Positions 36,833-50,899 of a stretch of DNA of 64,000 nt are shown here, in pieces. The first letter of the stretch is position 1. Every line of letters starts with the position of its first letter. Below the pieces are notes generated by a model. That model was not told where the DNA came from and did not search any database. It worked only from the letters and a program-made list of their open reading frames with translations. Source of the DNA: Eledone cirrhosa (Eukaryota); contig OZ024740.1 of assembly GCA_964016885.1 (NCBI GenBank), forward strand, positions 43,338,001-43,402,000. The letters are read 5' to 3'. Made by a program: the position numbers and the translations under genes.

Positions 36833-37070
36833 ATATATATATATATATATATATGATTTATTTTCTTTTGGTCGTTTTGGAAGCCTCAACAATGTAGATG
36901 AGTAATTCTCCGGGTAACAAGATCCAGTGGTGAAGTGAGAGATGTAAGTGAATGTATTATGAGATGTATAGTGTGTAGAAGAACGTAGGAGAGCGTAAAA
37001 AAGGAAATAATAACACGAGATAGAGTTACCTTGGGAGAGATTTAATTGTCCCTATATTTCGGATTCACAT

Positions 37071-37100
<30 letters not shown>

Positions 37101-37107
<7 letters not shown>

Positions 37108-38883
37108 TAAAATAACAGATTAAAGTTTAAGCAAAGAATCGCTGCTTTCACCCTTAACGGGATCTTCTGAAGATAACAAAGTCAATCTGTAAACGCAGAA
37201 CTGGATATTTCAAAAAACTTTGCAACCGGAGGAAGACAGGAAGACCATACTTTGGTTCGTGGAAACGTTTGCTGGCAAAGAACGGGAAAAAAAACGAATA
37301 AGATACGTCATTAATAGGAGCGGCGAAAAACAATTACGCGCAAAGACAGAACCACGTTTATGGTATAAAAGAGGTCGTAGACTAATGTTCTCTTAGGTGG
37401 TGCATAGAGACGTTCTACAAATGTAAGGTTGTAACACCCACGTCCCGTAGGGCCTACATAGGGTTAACTGCCAATAGATTCAAGCAGCGTCTTTACATGC
37501 ATACCCATTCTTTTCGTTACCCTCTAAGAAGGAATATGACGTCACTTTCAGCTTATATCTGGAGTCTAAAAGACAACCATACCCAATATAAGTTACACTG
37601 GGAGATCCTAGCTAGGGCTAGATCGTATGACGGAAATAAAAGACCATGTGACCTCTGCGCCGCTGAGGCCCTGGAAATACTGTACGCCACAGACCACATC
37701 TTAAACACAAAATCTGAGGCAATTTCGGCTTGTAAACATAAATTGCACAAAACTTTCCTGTATTACAGCCCCACGTTATACCCTAACGGATAGTACGATC
37801 TATACGTAGATATTTTACGTCTCGATGTGGGAGCTAAGTATATGTTTTGTTTATACCTTTACTTATTTGCATAGGTAAGTATATATTATCCGTATGTTTT
37901 GTAAAGGTACATATACCTTCTCGTACGTATATCTGATTGTTATGGCGTATAATTTTTTTTATATATTCTGGTACATATGGTACGGCTATGTGTATACGGG
38001 AGTTTTGCGTCTGTGTGAGTATGCAGGTTCGTACGTATGTAGGGCGTGTGTATATGTGTACTTCATGTTTTGGTTGACTTACGTCTCCGAACATTCGTGT
38101 ATTTACATGTGGCTATGTGTGCGCGCTTGTTATATACGTATTTATTTATTTATATACGTTTATATAATTATTTATTTATTGGTATACACGCTTACACACA
38201 CACACATATTTATATGTGCGTGGTTTTGTTTACCTATGGTAAATTTTTGCGTATGCTTGTGTATGTACGTATTTGTTTGCGTGTATGTATTTATTTATTT
38301 CCGTTACTTCTGTATTGTATTTATTTACTTTGTTCTTAACTCTGTAGCGGAGATTCATTCGGTCTCCTAGTTAGAATTTAGTCTACGACTTCTGCTATAC
38401 CATTTACGTGGTTTTGTCTTTGCGTGCTATTGTTCTCAACATATGACGTATTATCTTCGTTTTTTTCGTTCATTGCCAGAGAACGTCTCTATGCACCACC
38501 TAAGAGAACATTAGTCTACGACCTCTTTTATACCATAAACGTGGTTCTGTCTTTGCGCGTAATTGTTTTTCACCGCTCCTATTAATGACGTATCTTATTC
38601 GTTTTTTTCCCGTTCTTTGCCAGCGAACGTTCCCACGAACCAAAGTATCGTCTTCCTGTCTTCCTCCGGTTGCAACGTTTTTTGAAATATCCAGTTTTGC
38701 GTTTACAGATTGGCTTTGTTAGTTTCAGAAGATCCCGTTAAGGGTGAAAGCAGCGATTCTTTGCTTAAACTTTAATCTGTTATTTTAATAAATATTTGCT
38801 CCACGGTTCTTATATATTTGATATATATTTATCTTTATCGAGCCCTCTTTGGATTTTAGTCTTCAAATTTATTATTATTACTA
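37101..38883 (+). mobile_element. Penelope-like element remnant (Naiad-type), copy 2: inverted pLTR - EN fragment - UTR - pLTR
   Basis: ~315-bp inverted repeats 37101-37416 / 38480-38794 enclose the GIY-YIG fragment. A ~90-bp tail extends beyond the right arm, and (TA)n lies on both sides. Confidence 0.85.
37415..37793 (+). pseudogene. GIY-YIG endonuclease C-terminal fragment (Naiad-type)
   Basis: YKCKVVTPTSRRAYIGLTANRFKQRLYMHTHSFRYPLRRNMTSLSAYIWSLK...CDLCAAE...LNTKSEAISACKH is open but truncated at the GIY motif by the inversion junction. Confidence 0.8.
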
Positions 38884-39914
38884 TGTATATATATATATAT
38901 ATATCTGTGTGCGTGTGTGTGTGTGTGTGTCTGTGTGTGTGTGTGTAATGAGTGACACAAAGCATGTATACTTCCTTATAAATCTGTTAAAATTGGCGAC
39001 AGGATGCGCCCTTCCGGCACTCAAATATTTTATGTCATCAATAAAATTAAATTTACATCTGGTACATGTACTTGTTTTATGGAGAGTACTGTATTGATAT
39101 ATATTTTCTTTAGAATTAAAATTTACCTTCGGCATAGCATATATCTGAATTTCGTATATCTAAACGCTATGTTTAATAAATAAACAATTTGAAAGCCCAG
39201 CTCTGAATAGAAAGGCTGACGGCCAGCGGAGGATAATTGACTATCCATTTCGAGTTCTGGCTCTCATCCGCACAATGCTTCACCTTGCTTACAGCTGGAA
39301 TTCGCCTGTGTAGGTGGGCTGATTAGCCTCATTTTCATATGAAGCTGTATAAGTTTGTTTACTTTCAAAAACTGAAGGGCATTGTTATTGATTAGTGATG
39401 TTCGTATAAGTGCTCACAGTTGTAGAAGCATCAAAACCTCAAAACCTGTACATATGATACTTATATTATTAACTAGAGAGAAATAAGAAAAATCTAAATT
39501 GACTCGGTGATGTTTGACCTCAAAATGTATGGGTAACAGTAGAATAGTTTAATAAAGCAATCGTGGACTCGTTTTATCAATAATGACGGCAACAGTGTTG
39601 AATGTATTACATGATTTGTGTTCAGGTTTGATATGCCATATTTATCGGCATTACTGGGTACATGAAAAATCATACAAAGTGGGAAATTTGCGTTTTGATA
39701 TTTTAATAATTCATTTCTAGGATATAATTACATAAATGTTCAGCATGTATGTACAACTGACATAAAGTGATTAAATGTATGAACAACTTTGGAGAACCGT
39801 TTAAAGGAAAAATTGTTCGTGTGGAACCCAGGATTTTCTTACAGAAAATCGAAATTTATTGTGCATTTGGATGCACTTTAGTAGTTCCATGTTTTTAAAA
39901 CGCTATAGATGGTG

Positions 39915-39994
<80 letters not shown>

Positions 39995-39995
<1 letters not shown>

Positions 39996-42900
39996 TGGCC
40001 TATTACTATTTGGCAATTCTATCGTTTTCAGCAGAGATGTTCTTCTAGTGAACGGGTCGCAGGTGGCGGATAGTGATACGGCCACCAGTTATGATGGTTG
40101 CGATAAAAGTGGGCAGTTGCCGGAATAATAAGCAACCAAAGACAAACAGCAGTAAACTACTGTGAGAGATGGAGCAATGAATGACACCTGTAGCTCCCAA
40201 GATATCTCTCACAACACAGTGACGTAGCTATGAGGTGGTGAGTAGAGGCCGCCTCTAAAAATGCATTCGCGTGTTTTATAAAGTAACAGATTGGTGACTG
40301 GCTCGAATAAGACAACCGATACGGCAGTACGGTGAGAGGAATGGAAAAGAACTATACCGCATCGTCCTTCGTGCGGGTTAACAAGGGATGTGTTCAGGCC
40401 GTTGGTAGAGAGGCCTGTTCGTAAAATACATTGGAGTTTCTATTTGAGGTTGCAAAAACTGGCGATGGGCTTGCGACCAGTCATGGGCGGCATGGGATGG
40501 ATGCACAAAGTATGCGTATCCAGATACCTCAAAGAGGAAGCAAACATTGACAATTGGAGCCTGGAACATCACAACCCTTACAAATAAGGTGAAGTCACAA
40601 GTGGAGGAGTTTAGATTCTCCTGGCTAAATACAGTCGGGGTTTCCTCAACAAATTTCCATGGCTGTGCTACTGTAGATGTGGATGGAAGATGAAACCTAT
40701 TCACGTCTGGGACCAGAAATGTCTTCAAAAACGGGAGTGGAGATATCCATAAAACCTGGCTGTTAGAATGTGTTATGGACTGGATCCTATTAGGAGGGAG
40801 TATTTGCCTCATGAAGCTTAGGCTGAAAGATAGGTCTCAATGAGTGATGCAAATTTATGCACGAAACAAGGAGTCCTAATACAGATCCTTGCTTGATGAA
40901 GTCACTGCAGCCTTAGATGTAATTATGACTAAGTCATACATCCTGATGGGAGATTTCAATGCACATGTGAGCACTAATCGTCTGGCATGGAAAGGAGTGA
41001 TTGGAAAGAACGGGGATCCCGATCTAAATGCTAATGAATATGCCTTATTAGACTTCTGTTCAGGCAATGGACTCTCTATTATAAACACCTTCCAGCACAG
41101 AGACACCTATAAATGTACATGGTACAATGGGAATCAGGCACAGAGATCAATAATTTATTTTGTTGTTTGTTTCTGTGCTAGATGTTCGAATGATCCCCAT
41201 CTAGTTATTTGCAACTTGAGACTACCTGAAGCCAAAGAATCTCACAAAACTGGCAGGTCTAGGGTGACCTACAGGATAAGGTGGGAAGCTTTGGTGGATA
41301 AGAAAGTCAGGACCAGGTATGCAGATACTATTGGATCTTAATTGATTGAACTCCTTAACCAAACTGGGACTTTGAAACAAAGTGAAGATTGTTCAGATCA
41401 GGAGTTTCTGATTCAGCTATTAAATGCTGCAGGCAAAACATGCTTCGTGTGGCGCCGGATGACAGGATTGTCCCTTGTTTTAATCAAGAGGTCAAAGACG
41501 CCATCTGAGCTAAGAAGGAGGCCTACAAAACTTGACTTGGAAATAAGTCCTCATTCTTGCACTAGCTGTAAAAGCAGGCACGAAGAAGCGCAAACAAATA
41601 CAGTAAAGGCGTCCAAAGTTAAGAAATGGGAAGACTTTGAGGTTAAGATGAAATCGACATCAGATCAGCAAATACAGTGTTCTGGCAGACCATCCGACTT
41701 CGTAATAAGGAGTCCTCCTCCACACTTTCTACCAGGAACGCGTCTTGAGATCTTCTCTCTTCAGAGAGGTGCACCTTCGCAAGGTGGAGAGAATAGTTTG
41801 CGGATTTCCTACAACTGGTCCCACCAGGAGGTTCTGATGTACATGAGGTACATCTGGGAGCAATGACTAATCTCTCGGAGGCTGAACTCACAAGAGAAGT
41901 TAAAGAGCTCAAATGTGGGAATGTCACTGAGGAAATGAAATCCGGCCCGATATGCTGAAAGGCTTCAATAGAGAAGGAATTCTCTGGCTGACTCATGTGT
42001 GCCGTATGACCTGTATTTCCGGAAAGGCACCTAGGCAATGTCAATCGGGAATGATAATCCCAATTTTCAAAAAGGGAGAAAAGAGAGATTGTTCCAATTG
42101 CAAAGAGATCTCCTTGTTAAGTCTCCCCGTTAAATTCTATGCTAAATGGCTGGTAAATAGAAGCAGGGAAATTGTTGAATGAAAGCTAGCTGATGAACGG
42201 TGCGGCCCTCTCCCCGAGAGTAGCACAGCTGACCAAATATGCACACTCCGGCAGGTCTTCGAGAAATCGTGGGAGTATTGCTGCGTGGTGTATTCTTGTT
42301 TTGAGACCTCGAAAAGGCTTATGACCGCGTTCCTCGGGACTTGCTGTGGAAGGTTCTGCAGGAGAATGGCATCGATTGTCAGCTTCTTGCTACCCTGATA
42401 TCTCTATATGAATGCCCGATTATATGTATTCGTAAAAATGGTGCTAAATCGAAACCATTCAATGTGGTCATCGGATTCCACCAATGGTACGTACTGTCAT
42501 CTCTCCCATTCATTATTTTCATGGATAGGACCGACATGCGCAGCCGGGCTGGAGATGGTGTCACGACTGGTGGGTGTAAAATCAGTCAACTGTAGTTTTC
42601 AGCTGACAGGGTCTCACTTAACTCGAGGTGCTATCTGACTTACACTTGGTAGGTTTAATGCCGAGTAGTGCATGGTTGTGCTGCGAAAGCTGAGACACTC
42701 GTCCTCTCAAGGAAGCCTGCGCAGTGTACTCGAGATGTATATGGAATATGATTGAAGCAGCTGAAGAAGTTCAATTATCTCGGTGCCATATTCACGAGTG
42801 GTGGAAGGCAGGGGGCTGAATTAAATGCAAGAATTACAGGAGCTGCTACAATAATGCACCAGCTTACGCATTCAGTAATTAGATGAAGGGAGGTGGGTGT

Positions 42901-43391
42901 AAAAGCTATCTTTATTTCAGTATTCACGCCAAACGTTACATATAGTCATGAATCTTGTATGGTGGCCGAGAAGAATATGATCGTAAATACAAACGTCCGA
43001 AATGGGATTCGTCTGAAGGTCTTTCGAGTAACGTTTCTTAATAGAGTGCGTAGCTCGGAGATCAGAGTCACTGTAGGTAGAGCCCCACTTCTCCGAATTG
43101 CGAGATCACAGCTACGACACTATGGGAATGTGGTTAGAATGTCCCAGGAAAGAATCGCTGGAAAGATTTTACGGTCAAAACCAACCGACAGGAGAGCCAG
43201 GGGTAGACCCCAAGCAAGATGTTTGGATAACATTTATAAGCTTGGCTAGTATTGCTTGAGGATCCGATGGAACCAGCTGGAGATGGCTGCTTCTGACAGG
43301 ACCCGTCGTTGGAAGGAGGTGTTTGAAGATTCTGCAACCACGACCAACTCCGGAATAAGTGAACGACGACGACGACGACGACGACGACAAA

Positions 43392-43422
<31 letters not shown>

Positions 43423-43480
43423 AAGAAGAAGAAGAAGAAGAAGAAGAAGAAGAAGAAGAAGAAGAAGAAGAAGAAGAAGA
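39995..43480 (+). mobile_element. RTE-clade LINE, near full-length, heavily degenerate, (CGA)n(GAA)n tail
   Basis: RTE-type 5' UTR; TLTIGAWNITTL at ~40544, ILMGDFNAHV..WKGVIGKNG..LLDFC (APE); IPIFKKGEK, DLEKAYDRVPR (RT); C-terminal RARGRPQARCLDNI; tail at 43363-43480. Confidence 0.88.
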
Positions 43481-44439
43481 ACGTTTATGGCACTACACCA
43501 AAGAATTTGCCTTTGGCATTCATTAGGAAATAGGGCAATGTACATAGTTTATTGGGAGTACCACTGAACAAAATGCTGTCTAATAGTTCTTTCTCCTAAG
43601 AGACTAATTGCTACTACTTTCATTAGCATGATGTGGATATACTTTTAAATATTAATATAGATTACTTAATTTGACTTAGTATTTTATGAACATCAAGTTG
43701 CCCAACTTTGAAGTATATTTTCTAAAATACAGACATCTTAAGTAAGGATAACTAATCCAAGAAGAATTTAAAGCAAAACAACATTTTAAGATTATAGGAA
43801 TTCCTCGTTATAGAAAGACAAGAAAGTGAATAGATATGTAGTGGTATATTTTTATAATCAAACGCATGAAATGTTCGGAAGCTCACCATTTCAAGTAGCT
43901 ACTCACAGGTAATAATAATGGTCATAGTGAGCTTGTAGAAGTGGGAAAGGAGAGAGGATTTTAAGATATATTGGATAATATTAATGATTTCAAGATTAAA
44001 CTATTTTCTCTTCAAATATAAAAAAAATATTAAAACAAAATATAAAAATATAAAAACAAAATTGAAAAAATAAAATGAATGAATCCAGAACCACGCAATT
44101 TATTCTTTAATATATTTCATAAAGATCTAGTTAAACAAGCTTTCCCTTTTAAAATTTCTTTTCTTTCGTAGTTTTCAACATTTCATTTAATTATCTAATG
44201 AACATGTTTTTATATATCTGAGCGCGTATAGAAACATGTGCGTTTAATTTGTATACATGTTCAGACAGTTGAAAAGAAAAATAGAATAAATGTGCTTGGG
44301 CTTTCGTTATTAAAACCATACGTCAGCAACTAAGAAGTTTTTCTCAATTCAACATGTGATATTTAGTGAGCCGATGTCATTATAAAGGTTTGACATATAA
44401 CTGCTAATATTTTAGGCATATGTTTTAATGTTGATATAG

Positions 44440-45235
44440 CTTCTTCTTAGCCGGTTTCAATCCGGACCGCAGCGACAAAGTCCTTCCGCCACACATTTTG
44501 GTTTCACATCACCGTCATGGGGGTCCTGGCCGCAGTCCAGTCCAATGTCTTTGATCAGGTCGTTGATGTAGGTGTATCGGCGTTTCCTTCTCCGTACAAT
44601 TCCATTAAAAAGGGTCCAAAGGACTAACTTTAATGTTTCCAGTTCAGAGTCTCGTCTTTGTCTCATATTTTTGCTGACTCTTGGAAGGTCGCCACAAAGG
44701 CATTTATTTGTCATATGTTGCTGATATTTCTCATTAAGGGCCATCTTTCTGTAACAGCCTTTTAGCTCGTTTGTTAACTTCCCAGTAAATGACCATGTTT
44801 CATTGCCATACAAATGCATGTATTCAAGTTTTGTAAGGAACAGTTTGATTTAGCTCTTGTTAGGCAATTTGGAGTGCCAAATTTTCGTTAGTTTCTGAAA
44901 GGCTATCCTCCTCATCTTGATATTTGCTTCAGGATTGTTCAGTTAACTACCTAAGTACATAAGGTCGTCAACAACATTCAGTTTGGAACCGCACAATGAG
45001 AATATTTCGCTGTTACTTGATTGGTTGAAGGTCAATCATTCGGTTTTCTTGATATTTGTATGCAATTCAGTTTTAGCAGATGTTGTTTGTACAGTTCTTA
45101 GCAGCTTCTGTACATGATTGATTTCATCTTACAACAACGCTATATCATCATCAAAGTCCATGGCAGTCATAGCTACTGCTGGTACTCTCTGGGTTCTCTG
45201 CCGGTTCATAATGAAACCAAGGCTTTCTTGCTTAA
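44440..45235 (-). mobile_element. RTE-group LINE 3' fragment
   Basis: DFDDDIALL (~45160), DDLMYLGS and LYGNETWSFT..LKGCY..MAL. Confidence 0.7.
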
Positions 45236-46874
45236 TTTTGTATATAAATATTTCCTTAAACTGAAAATATATGCAAAGATAATTTTAAAATGTATACTTA
45301 TGTGTTCTTAGATAACCACAGTAAGCATGGCAGAAGGTGACAGTTAAATAGTGTTATAATGATCAAACTTTATAGCGGCGTTTACAAGTCAATTTGCTCT
45401 AAAGTTAAGAGGGAAATTACAACAAATCGGTTTTGCGATGCTGGCACGATCAACTATGTTTGCTTGCCTACTTCTAAGATATGGTATTGACTCTTGAATA
45501 AGGGGATATTTTAGACGTATTTGCTATTGGTATATTTCATAATTCCTTAGTTTATGGTGTACATAATAACAAACCACGTTTCAAACAATAATATATGAAG
45601 CTAGCAATAGGTATTTTCATTGTACAGCCGTAATATTTTATTTGCCTTACTTTATACATATTTTAAGAATAATCAATTGCAACTTTCAGCATGTAACACT
45701 TATCAATATAAACCTACTTCAAGAGTGAAATTTTACCTCGATACTTTGAGTAAAATGCTTTGATATTGAGCTGAATTATTATAATCTTATATTCAGAACG
45801 GATAAGGAATTTAATACAAATGGCAGATAAATAAATTACTTGGAATTCTATTTTTCAGCAAAAATGTTATTCTATGAAGATTTAAAACTTAAAATAATCT
45901 GTCGCGTATAACAAAGCAATGCAACATTTATTTCTAATTTTAGCTTTAGCTTCCATTTTGTCAATTTATTTAATCTGTTACATTCATTTAACAACATTTC
46001 AATTGTGAGGCTTTCAATTATATCAGCTTCAGCAAAATTGCTCTTTCTGTCAGACAGTTAAGAAGATTGGAAGTTATTAACATTTCTGTTAAAATGCATT
46101 CAAATTTATAAATTTAAAAGATTTGTTAGAAACATTGAATATCAAATTTATTCTCTTAATGATTAATTTTTTCAGAACTGTTTTGTTTCATTTTTGTACA
46201 AAAAAGAAAAGATCTCTCATTTAAAGTATTTTGATGAACAGTATTCCGAACAAGTAGAAAATTATTTTCATGTTAGGAGCTTTCTAGAAAATATTTCTTA
46301 ATAGTGCTTATCCGGCGTTCGTATGTTATCATACAACTTACACTGTTTATAGTTTATTACGTTAAAACTAAACGCGGTTCGTTTTTAATTTCCGGTACTA
46401 TGAATGCACATATCTACCTTACAAACCCATTTAAGTAAAAAAATTCTACCTATATTCACAATAGAAATTACTTTCTTCCACATTAATTCTAATTCATCAG
46501 AATAATTCACGTCAATTGATAGAAATCTAATTGGTTAAGGCACATACATTATTATCGAATATGTGATAAAGATCAAACAGAGACACAATTAATTTCACAA
46601 CACATGTTTCAGGAATCGATGTCGACGCTAACGCCCTTAGACAAAAGGATTTTACTGTACACTTGACTTTATGAGTGTTTAATTAACTGGTAAAGTTGCG
46701 TATAAAACACTCCAATTAATAAGCAATGGTAATATGGAGAAGGAAGCTTGAAATAGGAACAGCAAACATTTGGGTGTCTTCATGTCAGCGGACTTTTATA
46801 TATAGAATGGTGTGTAAAGATGTCGCGTGGTAATTGTCTAACAACGTTATTGCATAACAACTGACACCAAGGAA

Positions 46875-47100
<226 letters not shown>

Positions 47101-47409
47101 TAAATGAAAATTTATCCTGGTATTTAAATAGCCGATCTTCTCAAGGGGTAATTCCATATATGGTCAAAGTGATTGTCAAAAATCAGTAGTAATTCTGTAT
47201 ATATATATATATATAGAGGTTATATTTAATTTGTTGGGATACAACAAGCAAAATATTTTTATAACTGATATAAACCTTTCCGACAATAATTTGCATAATA
47301 AACCCAAAATAAATCTAATAACTCCACTATCCAGGAGATTCCAACCAGAATGGTTGCATTTTTTCAGGGTATGTCAATATTTATTTATAAAACTAACCTA
47401 TATTATATT

Positions 47410-47464
47410 TTATCTGATGAAAGCGCACCATAATTTGCCTTGGTGGCCCTTGAAATATTTATAA
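47410..47464 (+). ncRNA. Hammerhead-like motif (pLTR type)
   Basis: TTAT-CTGATGA-AAGCGCACCA(taatttgcct)TGGTGGCCCTT-GAAA-TATTT-ATAA, followed by AATAAA and (TA)n. Stem I is weak. Confidence 0.5.
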
Positions 47465-47575
47465 TGAAATAAATATGGTTTTATAAATATAGTTTCCATT
47501 TGTTAATATATTGTAAATATATATATATATATATATGTATTTATATATATATATATGTATGTATATATATATATG

Positions 47576-48180
47576 TCAGGTCACCAGTTGGTGCTACTGG
47601 TAACATGTATCCCAGTACAACCTGTCTCATGGTCGGGTCGTTGGCGACTAAACTGGCAACCCCACCAAGGTTTCTTGGTGAGGAGGGTGACTTTGGACAT
47701 CCTGCAGGACTAAAAACAAAACCTGTCAAAGGGCAAAGGAGCTCTTAAGAGTCAATGGCCATCCAAAATCACCGGGAGAGATGACCCCTTAGCCTTTGTC
47801 AAGGCAGAATTCTAGGAGAAGGAAAACTCTGATATAACACCTGCAACCCTGATGGTATCCAATGATGTTGACTTGTTCTTCTTTTTGGTAAATATCATCT
47901 TGGTTAAGAGAGTGGGACTGGCTTTGTGCAGTGCCTTTGCTCACTATAAAAGCTTCACGGCACAGGCATTGCTTTATATCTGGAGATCTCTCTGCACTTG
48001 TCGTCACATGGTACCATGGGCCCAACACTATGTGTCAATAATTGTCACAAGTGTAGTCTTTGTACCAGAGTTTTCAAGTCGCTGGCTGGACTAAAAAGTC
48101 ACACTCGTTCAGCGCATCAGTAGGGGTTCTCCTACATGGATATAAAGTAGTGGCCGTACTCGAAAACGAGTTGGCAGCCA

Positions 48181-48183
<3 letters not shown>
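47576..48183 (+). mobile_element. Short RTE deletion derivative (5' UTR joined to 3' end with C2H2 finger)
   Basis: RTE-like 5' UTR signature CTAGGAGAAGGAAAACTCTGA (~47812), then HKCSLCTRVFKSLAGLKSHTRSAHQ* (48046-48123). It is flanked by (TA)n. Confidence 0.6.
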
Positions 48184-48237
<54 letters not shown>

Positions 48238-48243
<6 letters not shown>

Positions 48244-49019
48244 ATCGGAGAAAGCTAAAAGCCATACTCCAGCCAAATTCCAGCACACTCAACAAACATT
48301 AGGAAATATCTGAGTATATTCCTAATTAAACGTTCGGGGTGCTAACTAATTGTATTGTGTGGAAAAGTGGCTGTATCATTGCAAATGAGATATATCAAAT
48401 ATCACTCTTCCTAGACGGACGTCTCGTTTCATCATAAGATTTCTACAAGTTGGGTGAAATTATACCAATTTGTGTAGTAACTTGTATAAGATCAACAGAT
48501 ACTTATTCAAGTGGGCGCTTATAATTCTTCAATGGGTGCCCAATAACACTAATATTGATAACTAAATCAACATCAATGTTTAGCGATAATCACCACAGTG
48601 CTTAACGGACCCGCTAGGTTGTTAGTCCAGCAGTTCTAAAGAAAATTTCACACTGTCACGAAAATAGGTGGAGGGAGATTACTGCCAAAAAACAATACAT
48701 GCGCAGGTCAATAAATTCTGAAAAGAATTCAGGCCACGTGCTACAACTCAATTGGATTTGAAAAAACAACCATGCGTGCGCATCTCTTGAAGACACACAC
48801 ATATTTTCACAGGCAAAATAACAGAATGAGATACAAGAACAAACAATCAATATTCATATAAAGAAATAAACAAAGTGAGTCATACCTTATATCGGGAAAG
48901 TTTCTATCTGTTGCACCAAGAGTAAATATATAAATACATAATCGGAGAATGCTAAAATTGATACTCCGGCCAAATTCCAGCTCACTCAACAAACATTAGG
49001 AAATACCTGAGTATATTAC

Positions 49020-49025
<6 letters not shown>
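48238..49025 (-). mobile_element. Non-coding element with ~91-bp terminal direct repeats in (TA)n
   Basis: 48238-48328 vs 48935-49025 (TACATAATCGGAGAA.GCTAAAA...TAATTA). A degenerate hammerhead lies on minus at ~48412-48455 (..AATCTTATGAT-GAAA-CGAGACG-TC). Confidence 0.65.
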
Positions 49026-49078
<53 letters not shown>

Positions 49079-49104
49079 ATGTGTGCGTGTGTGTGTGTGC
49101 GTGT

Positions 49105-49145
<41 letters not shown>

Positions 49146-49720
49146 CACATAAACATATACATCTGACCACCCACTTTAGCACAAAATATCGTCATCTATA
49201 TTTAAATCCTTGTACCATTGTATTTGCTAATATACAGGCTCTGTGTTTTTGATTTAAAGTATATTTCCTGCTCAAATCTGCATACTTTGAAAATGAGCAA
49301 AAGATCATCATCTTTTGACGTTCAAAGATCCAAAATAGTAAATGTATTTCACATACGTTACTCAGAGTGGGCTGCAGAAAGGCAATAGTCCATAACCTTA
49401 TTAGTATTTGCCAAATTTCTGATTAATATTCTAACAAAAAATGAAGAGTTCGTTGTCAAACAATGTGTCCTGGAGATGACGACATTATAAAAAAATGCCC
49501 AATGACTTTCTCATGAAATAAAAAAAAAACATAACAAAAATAACTATCTTGTTAGCTGATTCTTTGGTGTGTTTCTGTCTTAAAATTGCAATGATAGTTT
49601 TAGTTAAATGGGTTTTTTCCACACGTATTCAGACAGCATGACTTCAATTGTATGTTTACATTTAATGCAGAACGCTCTGCTAAGGCATTACTACCACACC
49701 CTAACTTGACACACAGTCCA

Positions 49721-49755
<35 letters not shown>

Positions 49756-50139
49756 TGAATGCACACACATTCATACACTGACCCGCCCGCCCGCACGTAT
49801 ACACACACGTACACGCACACACACACTCATAAACACCCACACACATATATGTATATATGTATGTATTTATATATGTGTGCGTGCGTTTATCTGTGTAGTA
49901 ATTATAAGAATAAATACACTGCATTCCTCTTCTCCTAAAATTGCTGGCCTCGTGCCTAACTTAGAAACTAGTATTTATACAACAATTCTTTCTTTGTGGT
50001 AACCGATTTGCAGAGAGCTCAATAAACGTAATAAAACATATTAGCTACAAACAGACATTCATTTATTTGAGATACATGACAAACTACATACATTTATCTC
50101 GTTAACTTCTTAAATGATTTTATCCTAAAATGTGCGCAT

Positions 50140-50330
50140 TGGCGGTGGATTGGCAGTACCGGTAGAGGGCCGGGCGCCATGCTTTGAAGCATGGAGTTAC
50201 TTCCCTTTATGATCTGAGTTCAAATCCCGCCGAGGTTAACTTTGCCTTTCATCCTTACGGGGTCGATAAAATAAAGTACCAGTAATGCACTGGGATAATT
50301 GCTGGCCTTGTGCCAAAAGTAGAAACAATT
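50140..50330 (+). mobile_element. tRNA-derived SINE family 1 copy
   Basis: A/B boxes and the shared core. Confidence 0.85.
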
Positions 50331-50899
50331 AAGAATTGCAGACAGATTTGTCGTCAAGGTGGCTTCCTTAAAGCTGAAGGTTGAAAGAATTGAAATAAAT
50401 CCTCTAATTTATGAGAATGTAGCTGCAAATTCTTACTGTACTGTTCTGTACATTTTCACATAATGTGGTTTTAAAAATTAATAAGATATTCGAATTCATT
50501 ATCTGATAGGAATATAGTTTGGAGAAATATTAATTCCGTAAACGCACTAGTTCTAGGAACTTATCAGGTAGTAGTGCCTATATTCTTCTGTGTATGATAG
50601 ATCACACGATTATGGGAAATGAACATTTGATCATCATCCCAAATTGTTTCCTTATTGAAATGTATTGCTTTGAAGTAAAAACATATACATAATTACATAC
50701 ACACACATAAATTCCTTCGTTAACAGACGGCATCGTCATCAAGACTTAAATATTTGTAGCACATCGTTTTGCTAGTTTGCAGGCCGGGTGTTTGTTTTAA
50801 AGCATTTTTTTGGCAAGTGTGCATACTTGTAATATCATATTCTGATGCCCAAAGAGCCCAATTAATTGTTCTGGAATAATCCTGCCTATAATCATCAAT

